From contig JBBPEB010000004.1 of assembly GCA_039096225.1 (NCBI GenBank), forward strand, positions 558,001 to 622,000: a DNA stretch of 64,000 nucleotides. Reading direction: 5' to 3'. Source of the DNA: Blastocystis sp. Blastoise (Eukaryota > Protista > Bigyra: Opalinata). This document shows positions 1 through 21,400 of this stretch, piece after piece. Each line of letters opens with the position of its first letter. Position 1 is the stretch's first letter. The translations under genes were made by a program, and so were the position numbers. The notes under the pieces were generated by a model that had not been told where the DNA came from, did not search any database, and saw nothing but the letters and a program-made list of their open reading frames with translations.

Positions 1-139
1 CAGAAAATACACTCCAATGAATGAAAATACCTAATTTAGCTTCATCAAACCAGGAAGGAAGAGGACGACTATCAACAGATTCCCAAGTGGGATCATAAGC
101 AAGAGCTAATACAGCGAACAACAGAAACACAAATTTCAT
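1..139 (-). CDS. FUCA: Alpha-L-fucosidase (GH29), N-terminus with signal peptide; continues beyond window start
   Basis: Reverse complement from ATG at 139 reads [46 protein letters not shown], the hallmark GH29 N-terminal motif after a hydrophobic signal peptide. Absent from the ORF track. Confidence 0.93.
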   Translation of the reverse strand, partial: MKFVFLLFAVLALAYDPTWESVDSRPLPSWFDEAKLGIFIHWSVFS

Positions 140-1100
140 TGTTTATTTTTTAGAACAAAACAAAAAAATATATATATTTATGTTCCACAACAAAAAAGAA
201 ATGTGGCTTTGAAACAGAATTAACGATAGTTTATCTATCCTACCTAATCCAAATCTATCTTTTCATATTATTGGAGTAACTAATAAATTTAACAAATCAT
301 TTCAGAGATATTCATATAGATTCTATACTCCTTTTTATATGGATCTCAATAAAGATCTATGGCTATTTCCAATGGAAATAGCCAATAAAACCTATAGGCT
401 TATCTTTATGAATGATCGAAACACAAAAATATTTGGATGTGTCAGAGAGGTTGTCATGAAGAAATCGCTTAAATCATACAGCTTATGTTTGATGACGAGT
501 TATAGGGATACAGAGATACCCTAAGATTATTAACCATAGAATAATAATTGAATCGCTAAAAAACAGGAAAAAAAAATGTGATTAGAAAAATTAAATGTTT
601 TTGATGGAAATAGTGAGTTCATTTAGAAAGCAAAATATCATAATAATAAGCAACTTTAAAACAATAAATCAAATAAATAAAATTAATAAAGTAGTGATTC
701 TTCGAAGTGTTATGTCTGCGTTGATATTTAGAGCATCTCTAATCATACAGAATCACAATTTTAAAACTATTCTTTAATGTAAGTAAATTTATTCATGACA
801 TAAATATATATTCCTATCTCTTCATTATTTCGTGTGATACTTCATAGATGATCAGGACATAGCTCAACGATCTTTGTATGAGCACATAACAACATAAAAA
901 GAGTAAAAAGACTGTGTTTCATAGATAATTTTTAAAACAAATGATGCGTAAGACGAATAACCGTGGAAAAATGAATAGTTCTCCATAAGAATCGTAATAA
1001 TCATGATAAGTCGATAAATTCGTTTTTGATGTATCGAATTTTTTTTTTAAATGAGATGAAGAATCCTTCATTTATTTTTTGTTTTGATCCTATTAATATT

Positions 1101-2027
1101 ATGGATAACTGGTCAGTTGAGCAACAAGAGGCTTTGGATAATGCAATGAGATCATATCCGTCAACGATGGAAAGACGTGAGCGTTGGAAATGTATTTCGA
1201 AGGCAGTCCCAGGGAAAAGTGTTAGAGAATGTATGAGCCGAGCTAAATATTTAAGTGAATTAGCTCAAAAGGGTGTGACTAGTGCTGAAACATCGAAAGA
1301 GGAAGATGGTGTGTCTAACGAAAAGAAGAAAGCAATTGATTTCTTAAAGCCTTATTTGGGAACGGTTGATAAGTCTGTAAAAGAGTATGATGTATACTAT
1401 ATTTATGAATGTCTATATCATGTTGAAAAACTTGAGAAAATAACATTTTTTTTCTAGTTACATAATTCGTGTCATGAACGATTTTAAGAATTATAATGAG
1501 GTTTTAACAATTGAATCTTTGGCTAAAATTTTAGGTATTATTTAGATGTTTTTATTTTGTTTATAAATATATATATATATATTTATTTAGTTGTTTATCT
1601 TTTGTTAATAAATATATATATATATATATATATATTTAGATCCACTTTTTGATATGGTTAATGAAAATGACAACAAAAAGCGTAATGAGATTTTAACAAA
1701 TATTCTAGAAGTTGTGAATAATGATATTAAAAGTATATATAGTAATAGCTTATAAAACTGAATTGAAAATAAATAATCAGAAAAAATAATAATTTTTATT
1801 ATGATATCAATAATGTTTATATATATGTATATATATATAGATCATAAAGTAGTAGATACAGTTAAAGTATTGTCAGAAGGAATATCTCTGAATGAAGGAG
1901 ATATTTCCCGTGGGAAAAAAGAAGAACAAGAAAAAACTATTGATAGTATATATATATATTAATATTATAAATAATTTATATATAGTTGATACTGATGCTA
2001 AAAAAAATGAAGAAAAAGATTGGAGAG

Positions 2028-2116
<89 letters not shown>

Positions 2117-3128
2117 TTGATTGGGAGGACCATGAAGTTAGTGAACAAACAATTGTTCGAGAACGAAGTCGATATCTAACAGGTATATATATATATATAT
2201 TTATATATATATTATTATTATTAAATATATATGTATTTGACTATTTTATCTGTTAATATAATATATATATATGTATATATAGGTCGTAGTAAGAATATAG
2301 ATATAAAGGCCATTGATGTTTCTATTAAGGGAGAATCTTTATTAGAAAATGCTTGTCTTAGGTATATATATATATATTTATATATTTATTGTTATATATA
2401 TATATTAGTATAGATATATTCTTATCTACATAATCATATATATATATATAGACTTCATGATGGTTACCACTATGGTTTGATTGGTCGAAACGGAGTGGGG
2501 AAAACAACACTATTACGAAGAATGGCCAATTGCGCTATCAAAGGTATTATTATACTTATTATTATACTTATTATTATTATATTATTATTATTATACTTAT
2601 TATATAGGATTTCCTGATTTCTTATTGGTTCTTCACGTGAAGCAAGAGATTGAAGGTACGGAGAACACAGTGTTAAATAGTGTTATTGAGAGTGATGTGG
2701 AACGTACAGAATTATTAAAAGAAGAAGCGTCATTGATGACGCAGCTTGAGTCGCCAACTATTTCTCCAGAAGAAACCAAAAGAATAGTGAACCGTTTACA
2801 GACGTTAGGAGAAAGGAGGGATATTATTGACGTTGAGGGGGCTGAGGGACGCGCCAAAAGTATTTTGGAGGGATTAGGATTTATTGGAGATAAATTATAT
2901 ATGAAAACAAATGAATTATCAGGTATATATAGAGCTTTCTGTATTATTATGTATATATGATTATTAATATAGATTTGATTATGTGTATATGATTATTAAT
3001 ATATATATATAGGTGGATGGAGAATGCGTGTGGCATTAGCATGTGCGCTGTTTATAAAACCGGATATTTTACTACTCGATGAACCAACCAATCATTTAGA
3101 TTTACAAGTATATATATATATACATATA

Positions 3129-3174
<46 letters not shown>

Positions 3175-3452
3175 CTTTCTATAGGCCGTGTTGTGGTTAG
3201 AGCATTATATACAGGAGTATACAGGAACAGTAGTAGTAGTATCTCATGATCGTTCCTTCTTAAATAGTGTCTCTCAAGAAATCATTGAATTTACACATAA
3301 AGAACTACGTTATTGGATTGGTAATTATGATTTATATCTTAAGGTATACATATATATATCGTTTATTATTATTATTATTAGTGTTACTATAATTTTTATT
3401 CTATATCTATAGGCAAAAGAAGAGAAAAAGAAGATGGTTGAACAGCTTCAAG

Positions 3453-3518
<66 letters not shown>

Positions 3519-3521
3519 TAT

Positions 3522-3562
<41 letters not shown>

Positions 3563-4072
3563 GAGTAATTTAGATGAACGCCGAGACCATGTCAAAGATC
3601 AGATTCGAAGATTACAAGATAAAGCAAGAAAAGATGTATATATACTTATATATAAATATATTTTAATATTTTACTTTCTTTTGCTTGATTTCTATTATTT
3701 ATTATCTTTAATATATATATATAGGTAAGTGGTGGCGTAGGTAGTTTAATTAAATCACGAACAAAGAAGATGAATAAAATGGGATTCGAAAAGAACATGG
3801 ATGGGAAGAAATGGAATGATCATACAGCTGCCCAAGTGTGGGGTATTGAAGTATATATATTATATATATATATAATATTCATTAATTACTTAACTATTCA
3901 ATAATTACATATATTACTTTATATATATCAATTGATTCTCTTTAGACTATTCGTATTGGAGCAATTAATGGGAACCATGGGGGATGGGTTAACGGCAAGC
4001 GAACGGCTGCGTCACTCGTTGAAGCGGATGATCCACCAATCAAATTTACATGCCCTGAATGTCCCCGTCTTA

Positions 4073-4113
<41 letters not shown>

Positions 4114-5349
4114 CTGTCTTTCTACATTTTATACTATATGAATAATAATAATATATATAGTACAATGGTTCTCTTATTAAATTAGATAATATATCTTTTT
4201 CTTACCCTCCTGTACCTTCTTCTCCTCTTGATTATTTATTAAAAGACATCACTCTTACTATCGATTTTAAGGATAAAATCAGTATATTGGGACCAAATGG
4301 AATAGGAAAAAGTACCCTGATTAATCTACTCATGGGACATCTTCAACCTATTAAGGTATATATATATAGAGGTTTATTTATTATAGCATTATTGCTATTA
4401 TTGGGTTATATTAGTGTGCTATAATCTTTTCTTCTTATATATATATATATAGGGAGAAGTATATAGATGGCATAATCTGCGTATTGGTTACTTCACACAA
4501 CATCACGTGGAGACGTTAAATCTTAACATATCTGCGTTAACACATATGTGTAGAGTATATATAATATTATTTATAGTATTGTACTTATTATAATAATAAT
4601 ATTATGGTTATTATTATTATCTTATTATTATTATACTTATTCTATAGTTGGATCCTTCTAAGAAAGAAACAGAAATGAGACAGTTCCTCGGTGGTTATGG
4701 AATCACGGGAAATCTCTCTACAAAAGTATATATAACAATCCAAAAAGAAAATAATTATTTTCTTCTTACTATTCTATATTATTTTTCTACTTTATATTGA
4801 ATATTAAATCGTTACTATATCTATCTATAGCCGATGGGTACATTAAGTGGTGGCCAGAAGAGTCGTGTTGTATTAGCCACAATAGCCTATCAACAACCAC
4901 ATATATATATATTAGATGAGCCAACGAATCATCTTGATATGGAGAGTATTGAAGCATTATCAACGCTATTAAAGGAATTCGAAGGAGGAGTTATTCTTGT
5001 CACACATGATCAGGTATATATATCTATACATTTATTATACATTTATTTATTATTGTTATTCTATTATTTATATTATTTATTATGTTTATTATATTTATAT
5101 TATTTATTATGTTAATTATATTTATATTATTTATTATATTTATATTATTTATTATATTTATTTTATTATTATATAAAAATAATAAACTATTCTATACATA
5201 TACTCATCTATTATATATAGTATCTCGTAGAAACAGTATGTAAAGATTTATATGTATTTCAACCTGATGGCCATTTAATTCATTGGGAGAAATCTTTTGA
5301 TGAATATAAGAAATATGCACTTCATTTAGAAAGAGAAAGAAAAGTATAA
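1101..5349 (+). CDS. ABC-F family ATPase (ABCF3/GCN20-like) with N-terminal Myb/SANT domain, ~19 introns
   Basis: Spliced by hand over GT-AG introns. NBD1: [41 protein letters not shown]2: [32 protein letters not shown]. No TM segments. N-terminus [17 protein letters not shown]...[20 protein letters not shown] is SANT-like. Confidence 0.92.
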
Positions 5350-6187
5350 GAACATTATCATTTATATTCATATCAATAATTTGTTATACTAGAATCAGTA
5401 TTATTTCTATTTTGTGTAATATATATATATTTGTTATTTGCTTTTTATTCAATTTTTTTTTGTTTTTGCTATTTATGCATGGCTTTTTCATTTTTTTATT
5501 CATTTTTTATTGAATTTTTTTATTATTTTCATTTGTGGGTGTTCCATCTCTTTTTATTTAATATTTTGAACACTATAAATTATGATAGATAGTGTTGTGG
5601 ATTTTCTATTTTGAATATGTAGCATTGTTTTGTATAATATATGGTGTTCTATAATAATAATAATGTTCAAATTAATAAAAAAAAATTTCTCAAACATGAT
5701 ATATGCTGATGCATTCAGAATTTATCGAAATGTATTTTCATTATAGTTTAATCAATCTGAAATCCCCTCAAATCGAAATTATCTAAATCTGCATTAAGAT
5801 TGCACAAAATGACACTAGAACTGCAAAGAATCACTTAAATAACAGATAGAAATAATATATAGCATATCTGTAGCTTTTTGATTTATTGAAACAAACATAA
5901 TCCAAAAAGATTTCAAAAGGATTAACAAATTTACATCGGCTTTGGTTTAGTAAACTCTCAGTAAATGTTCTATAATCATAAAATACAAAATTATCAGCTA
6001 CTCTATGGGAATGTTCAATTTCTACCTTTATTCATGCGACTAATCTACACATCTAACATGAAGTTTTCAATGAATATAAAATTACTTTTTTCAAATATTT
6101 TCCATTATTTTATCAATCATAAATATCTAAAATAAAAATAAATTTCTTTTCATTAGATTTTTGTTAATTTTTTCATTTATTTCATTT

Positions 6188-8293
<2,106 letters not shown>

Positions 8294-8687
8294 TTATTCA
8301 TTTATTTGTTTTTTATTTTATTTGTCTTTTGCATATTAGAAATTATGTTGATATCATTTCTTTTTTTAAAAATATGAATAATTCTATTTTGATATATATT
8401 TATTTTGTTGAAGAAGTGACTGTAGTTAGAACTATGTTTTATTTAGACAATTATTACAGGCTTAAGTATCCAACAATTTTAAATATTTAATTGATCTTTA
8501 TTGATTTAACTAACAGTTTAAAAAATAATGTAAACACTAATGTTGATCATTTTATTTTATTTTCAGTATATTTAAATTGATGTTTATAAGTATAATTGAC
8601 AAGGTAATAGATATTATTATTTTTGGCAAAACCATATTTAAAAAAATGAAAAAAAAAATAGTAATCAACAAGAATTGAGGAATATAG

Positions 8688-13535
<4,848 letters not shown>

Positions 13536-13701
13536 CAAAAAAGAAAAAAACAAATATAATGCTGAAAAAAATAAGAACAATTCAGTCATTCTATGATGAG
13601 AGACTGAATTATTTTTAAGATAGTATTAGTTTCTTTATAGGAAATGAAAATAGGTATGAGAACGTGAGGGTTAGATAATACTGATTAAAAATAATTAATG
13701 T

Positions 13702-13773
13702 GGCCTGCTGGTCTAGTGGTATGATTCGCGCTTTGGGTGCGTGAGGTCCGGGGTTCGATTCCCCGGTAGGCCC
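13702..13773 (+). tRNA. tRNA-Pro (anticodon UGG)
   Basis: GGCCTGC/GTAGGCC acceptor stem, CGCGC-TTTGGGT-GCGTG anticodon arm, CGGGG-TTCGATT-CCCCG T arm, followed by a T-run terminator. Confidence 0.96.
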
Positions 13774-14126
13774 ATCTTTTTGTTTTATTTTTTAATGCTT
13801 AAAAAAGTATTAAGTTGTTGTTGGTTTGTCTTTTTATCATACTAAAATACAAAATTATATGTATATAGAGTATTATATATGAATATGGAGTAACAGGAAG
13901 AAAAGTAAAAGAAGATATGTGTGTTAAAGTGCCAATTAAACAATATGTATTATAATATTCTTGTAGAAAAACGTATTTGCTTATTATGATAGATCCTATG
14001 TTTCTATTATGATTATATAAGTATTATTAAAGAACAAGTTCTTTTTAATCATTGCTTTTAAATAGACAGACAATAGTAACAAAACGATAGATTTGTACTA
14101 TACAGTAATAAAGTTGGATAAGAATA

Positions 14127-14882
14127 TTAAAGAAGTAATCCTTTCTTGACGGATTTCATGACAGAAGATCCAGCTATTTGATGAACAATTTCAAGAGCAA
14201 AATCAATAGCAGTACCAGGACCTTGAGAAGTAACTATATAACAAAGTATTATAATAAACATGAATTTATTAAGAAAAAAAATGAAATATATAGATATATT
14301 TATAAAAGACATATACTGACATTCTTATCAACAACAACCTTTTCAGAAGAAACAGGATTTGAAAGTTTTTTTTGGAATCCCTATAATAATAAATAGAATA
14401 ATAATATTATTATATATTATAAATATGTAAAATAAAGGAAAAAGGAAATGTAAATAGAATAACAATAATAATATTATTATTATAAATATGTAGAATAAAA
14501 GAAAAAGGAAATATATATATGTTAGTAAGAATAATAATAGAAATAATATCCAGGATAAGCAGTAGCTTTAACATCATCAATTAATCCATGAGTCTAAATA
14601 TTAAAAAAAAATAGAAAATATATAATAAATAGGAGTGAACTTGTAAATAGTATATATAAAAATAATGTAAAATATATATAGATAATTTTAAAAAATACTT
14701 GAAATACAACAGCAGGAGAAGCACAAATAGCACAAATCCATTTTCCGGATTCTTTTTGTTGTTTTAACATATTAATTAATAACGAACAGTTACTGAGATT
14801 CTCCTGAATAGAGACGAATGATAATAGAGTATGAAATAGAATAAAAATTTGCATAAAATAATATATAAAAAAATAAATAAAA

Positions 14883-14913
<31 letters not shown>

Positions 14914-15296
14914 AAAAAAAATAAATAAACAAATAAATAAAATAATAAATAAATAAATAAATAAAATAATAAATAAAATAATAAATAAAATAATAAATAA
15001 ATAAAATAATAAAATGTATATAAAATAAAATATATATATAAAAAAATTAAAAAAATAAAAAATACTGCACCAGGCATTCCACCGGGAAGAACGATAGCAT
15101 CATAATCATCATTGGAGACATCTGCTAGAAGATGATCTGCAGTAATAGGGACACTCTTCGACATAACAACTCTCTTTGTTGACTCAACAGATGCAACAAC
15201 AACATCAAGAGAAGCACGTCGTAATACATCAATAATAGCTATGGATTCTAATTCTTCAGAACCATTAGCAATAGCAACCAAGATTTTATTAGCCAT
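14127..15296 (-). CDS. DJ-1/PfpI (YajL/PARK7-like) protein, 5 exons
   Basis: MANKILVAIANGSEELE, DAIVLPGGMPGA, AICASP (catalytic Cys), ATAYPGF, ITSQGPGTAIDFAL. Intron 3 needs a non-canonical donor (see findings). Confidence 0.93.
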
Positions 15297-16166
15297 ATCA
15301 CAAACTAGAAAGAAAAAATAAATAATATTTTTATATATTAAGAAATATACATCAAAAACAAAGCGTATAATTAAAAAACAATAAATTAGCAAAAGAAGAT
15401 ATTTATCTGGAAATTTCTTCAAGATGCGAAGAAAACAGATTCTTTTCTATGAATATACATAGAAATGGCTTTAACTCCTTAATATGACTTGCCTTTGAAT
15501 TCATTTTTATATTCTGAGATCTTTCAACTGTATACTACAAACTTATTTATATGTAATGTGAATTTATAATATTGATGAACATCAATTACTGGTTTTCCTC
15601 AATGAATAGTTTTTTAATGATAATACTCCATATTTGAAACTAGGGCATTTGCTTGAAACAATTAAAAACATAATTTAAAATAAAAAATGTGACAAGTCTT
15701 GGATGTTTTCATAAAAATAGGGTCTCTTATTATTCTTATTCATGTATTTTCGTATAACTAATTATTTTCAATGGATCTGAGTAAAATATGCTTTTCTTTT
15801 CTTTGTAAAAAAAATGAACACTAGAATTTGTCAAATTCAATAAAATCATGATCTCTTGAATATAATAGATAACTCAATGTATACAATGTAAAAAGATGCA
15901 ACAACAAGGCAAAAAAAAATCAAGAAAATTGAGATAAGCATCATCATTAGTTTGTGAATATTCATTTTTAGCAAAAGAAAATGTCTAAGAAGAACAAGTC
16001 GATGACATCATTGTTGTAATCCACAATTTTCCAGATAAAACCGGTTCAACCAATAGAATAATGTGTTTATGACATATTGTATTAGTGTCTCCTACGTCTT
16101 TTTTATTATTATCTTTTTCATTTTTCATTCTAACTCATTTTTTTATTTTGATATCTTGGGAATACA

Positions 16167-16505
16167 ATGAGTTTCCAAATCTTAATCGCTTCTTTATTTT
16201 TCGCTCTTGTTGTAGTTGCCAAAATACCTTATACAGAAGAAGAAGGTAGATTATGGTGGAATTATGCTCAAATAACATCTGATTCTGTTGACTCCATTTC
16301 TGTATGCATTTTATTTTGTTTTTTCTTTTAAAGTATAACAATATTTATTATTTATTAAAATAGAATTTAAGTTGTGAAAGATGTCCTCAATTTAGAGGTA
16401 AACTTGATAATATTACTAATTTTTACAACATAAAAAGTGAGATTAAGGGAATTATTTCCGTATATCAAAATGAAAGTAGTATGTTCATTAAATATGAATT
16501 CTTTA

Positions 16506-16536
<31 letters not shown>

Positions 16537-17085
16537 TTTAGTTGTAATTGGTTTTCGTGGAACAAAGAATGTTCAGAACTTTATTCAAGATTTAGGAGCA
16601 CTTGTTCTTGGTAAAATGAGTGGTTGTGAAGGAAAGTGTCAAGTTGCTGTAGGTTTTTATAATGCCTATTTAACTGTTCGTGATGAAGTATATATAATAA
16701 TATAATTATTTTTTTTTTAATTTTTCTTTTAATTTTAATTTTCTTATTCTATATATAATATGTTGTATAGATAATGTCAACTGTTCAAAAGTTATTAGCA
16801 TATAATCCTAAACTTCAAATTTTATTTGTAGGCCATATATCCTTTATTTAATATAATAAGTATTATTTTTTTTTAGTTTAAATTATTATTAATAATCATG
16901 GTTTTAATTTTATATATATATATATGTTCTTTAATATATATACAGTCTTGGAGGTGCATTAGCTACTGTTGGATCTATGGATTTTCAATTAAATTACAAT
17001 ATATCTACTAATCTTATGTATACATATGGTTGTCCTTATACAGGCAATAAACAATTCGCTTCTATTCTTAATCAAAACTTAGGTA

Positions 17086-17121
<36 letters not shown>

Positions 17122-17518
17122 GAATCGAATTATCGTGTTACCCATAATGCGGATCCTATTCCTCATTTACCTCCTTCTGTGAATAATTATGCTCATCCTG
17201 GCGATGAAGTATATTATTATTATATATTATTATTATTATTATATATTATTATATATTATTATATATTATTATTATATTATTATATATTATTATATATTAT
17301 TATTATTATTATTATATATTATTATATATTATTATATATTATTATTATATTATTATTATTATATATATTACCTATATAAAAACTATATCTATATATAGAT
17401 CTTTTATAATGAAAAGAATACTGCTTATAAAGTGTGTGAAAGACCTGAAAGTAAGAAATGTTCTAATTCTGTTATCTTACCTGTTAATATGAACGATCAT
17501 ACAAGTTATTATGAATAA
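16167..17518 (+). CDS. Secreted class 3 lipase
   Basis: Signal peptide MSFQILIASLFFALVVVA; VIGFRGT, VAVGFY, VGH|SLGGALA, YTYGCP, RVTHNADPIPHLPP, C-terminal DH. Confidence 0.93.
16837..16943 (+). other. U12-type (minor spliceosome) AT-AC intron in lipase
   Basis: 5' ATATCCTTT, branch-like TTCTTTAAT, 3' TAC. Removal restores GHSLGG. Confidence 0.92.
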
Positions 17519-17927
17519 GATCTTTCTTTCTTTTATTGAATAACTTATCATTATCTACATTTCTCATTTATATCTTGCTTCTTATATTATATTTATTATT
17601 GCAATTGAATCAGCAAAAGCTTCTTATATTATATTTATATCATTTAGCTTATCACTTCTTTTGTTTTGCTTCAATCGACATTAAAATTTCATATATTTTT
17701 TCGTATTCATTATCTTAATTAAGCAGTACCATATTTGTTCTTTAGAAACAATAAAAAGAAATGCAACTATGAATACAAAATAAAGAAACACCACAAAAAA
17801 TATTCTTGAGTTCCATAAAAAAAAACGTAACGGTTTTTTTATATATCAGTGAAATGTAGAATTTGCTGTCAATATCAGTGCTATTCATTATTGATATTTG
17901 TTAATCATTGATCATTAGAACACATAA

Positions 17928-18388
17928 ATGAAATCACCACCTTATGTATCATTTATCATCATTATGATAACTATTGTTGCTCTTCAACTATTTTTCAATT
18001 CTGTATTTTTTTTGTCTTTATATAATAGTATAGACTACTATATACATATTCTGTAGATAAATAGAGTAAATCAAGTGATTCAAGTATATCATATGCTCAT
18101 TGGAATTCATGATTTCAAAATATTTTCTTTTATAGTGCAATGATCTTCAAGCTACTAGTCTTATTAGATCACTTCAGACTGATATCACTAATCCTGACTT
18201 GAGTATATTATGATTTGTTTAAAAATAATTTCTTTTTTGTAGATGTCAATAAGAAAAAGAAAGTAAAGAATATTGATATGAAATCACAAGATTTAAATGA
18301 AAATTCTATTGAGCATGTAATTGTATTTTGCTCTAATTTCATAGATTCTAAAGTAAGTTTTTTTAAAGGTTATTTTAAAATAATTAGT

Positions 18389-18419
<31 letters not shown>

Positions 18420-21400
18420 TATATATCAATATAGGATCCACTTAAAATGAAATTACAAGACAATACATTAAAACATTTTAGTTTATTTAATAGAATTGAT
18501 GTCAAATTTTTATTATTTACAAATTCTAAACATTGGATAAAACGAGCTAAAAAATATCATATCGAATATTCAACTAATTTTACGTATGTCTTGTTTTATT
18601 TATTATATTTTAAAATTATTTTGCTTTATTTATTATATTTATTATATTTATTATATTTATTTTAGACTCATTATTTATTTTTATAATTCTTTATATATAT
18701 ATATATAGTACAAATGAATATGGAACTCCTTTTTTCTTTCCTATGTTAGAATACATAGAATCTCATTATATATCATCTTTCTATGGGTTTTTAAATGGAG
18801 ATATATTATTACATGGAAATATAGTTAATATATTAGATACTGTATTGCAAGATATACAAACAGGGAAACTATATCCTCAAGTATATTTATTATATTTATT
18901 ATATTTATAGATTAATATTTTCAATGACTATGTTATTTCTATACTAATTAAAAGATAAAGACTATTATCATAGTATTATTTTTTAAATTTTATTCATATA
19001 CTTATAATAACTATATATAACTATATATATATATATATAGATAATGATTACAGGTCGTCGTAATAATAAGGAAATTGATATAACTGATAATATTGGGACT
19101 ACAAACGAAGAAATTAATCAATTTATTCAACAAAGTGTCTATAAAAATGAACAATTTATTCCTGTTTCTCAAGTATATATGTATATAACATAGTTTACAT
19201 ATATCTTATATATTTTTAGGATTATTTTATTTTTACGAAGGGTACTTTTGATTATCCGAATATGTTCCCCGTGGTTATTGGTCGAAATGATTATGATAAC
19301 TATTTAGTTGATTACTGTTATCATCGAAATGACTCTATTTCACTTATTGATGGATCCAATGCTAGTATATTTTCTTATTCTTTGTTTTTTATTTATTTAT
19401 TATTATTTATTATTATTTATATAGTAATTGCATTACATCAGACAGAGTCCCACGGTAATTTCGCCGGTGAGAGAGTGAATCCCGATAAGAAATGGAATCA
19501 TCTTTTGATTGGTAAGCATCATGAGTATGATAGTGTGCTATTTGCTAATTGGAGATTATGTATATTATTATTATTATATTATTATTATTATTTATTTGTC
19601 AATATATTTATATTATTTATTTATTATTATTATTATAAGTATTATTATTATTTATTTGTTAATATAATTTATATTATTTATTTATTATTATTATTTATTT
19701 GTAATATTTATTATTATTTATTTATTTAGATACCACTACGGATAACCATAATTATCTCATTCACGCGTCTCCATTTGATGATAATTATACCGACAGAGAA
19801 TTACAATTTCTTCAATCACATATACCTGATACTAGTTGTATATTTATATATTATATATTTATATATTTATATATTTATATATTTACAAGCGTTTCACGAC
19901 TGGCTACGCCAGCCTACGCTTGAGTTTTGATAGTTGTCATCTCTTAATTGTTATATTTTATGTTGGTTTTTTTTTAAATATTATGTTTATTTTTATGTTT
20001 TTGTTATTCATTTCTATTTTTTTATTTTTAGGATGAAGACTATTTCATATTTTATAAATTATTATTTCAATTGTTTTAGTTGTTATCTTCTATTGTTTAG
20101 TTATTAGTTTAGTATATTCTAAATAATTTAATTCACACTTTATTCATAATTCCTATTTAACATTTTATATTACATTTTTTGAGTAGTATTTCCTTTTTTA
20201 TTTAGTATCATTTTAGCTATTTTTATTATTGATTATATATATTTATTGTTTATTAATAATAATTGATTAGCTCTTATATTTTATTTTTAATCTTATTCAT
20301 ATTTCTATTTCAATTTAGATTTCAATTTCTATTTCAATTTCTATTTCTATTTCTATTTCTATTTCTATTTCTATTTCTATTTCTATTTCTATTTCTATTT
20401 CTATTTCTATTTCTATTTCTATTTCTATTTCTATTTCTATTTCTATTTCTATTTCTATTTCTATTTCTATTTCTATTTCTATTTCTATTTCTATTTCTAT
20501 TTCTATTTCTATTTCTATTTCTATTTCTATTTCTATTTCTATTTCTATTTCTATTTCTATTTCTATTTCTATTTCTATTTCTATTTCTATTTCTATTTCT
20601 ATTTCTATTTCTATTTCTATTTCTATTTCTATTTCTATTTCTATTTCTATTTCTATTTAGATTTCTATTTCTATTTCTATTTCTATTTCTATTTCTATTT
20701 CTATTTCTATTTAGATTTCTATTTAGATTTCTATTTCTATTTCTATTTCTATTTCTATTTAGATTTCTATTTAGATTTAAATTTATATTTTAGTTTTCTA
20801 TATTAATTCACTTTTCTTTGTTAATTTATTTATAACTGTTTTTGTAATTATAAATTCATTTAGTTTTATAAATATTTTATACTTTAAACAATATTATTAT
20901 GATTATAAAATATTTTTTCTTTTAAAACTTATTATTATCAGTTATTTCTTATCTTTAAGAATTTATTTTTTATTTTTAATTATTCTATATAATTATTATT
21001 ATGAGAAAGAACTTACTCTTTTGTCTAAAAAATATTATTTATTCTTTTATAAATTTTCTCATATATTATTTTATTCCATTTTAAATTATTATCATTTTTA
21101 TCTCTATTTGATTTTTTATATTCTATCATTTCTTTTTATATATACTATTATATATATATATTTAATATTTTATTATACCCCTTTTCTTATTAATAAATGT
21201 TTAATTATATGTAATAGTTACTATATTTTAATACTATCAGATTCAAATGTTTATAATATTATTATTTTTTATTACTCCTATTTCAATTTGGATTTAAAAA
21301 AATATATATATATTTTTAATAATTAAAATATATATATTATTCTATATAATCGATAATAACTCATAGAGTTCTTTCTAAATATTTATCATATATAGAATTT

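Noticed and set aside
339-777. Short ORFs in intergenic DNA (also 21021-21982, 32265-32450, 57331-57534)
   Set aside because: No recognisable motifs or splice partners; expected by chance.
20263-20793. 176-aa poly-FL ORF, or telomeric repeat
   Set aside because: Translation of the TTTCTA satellite; internal position and no G-rich telomere-like strand.
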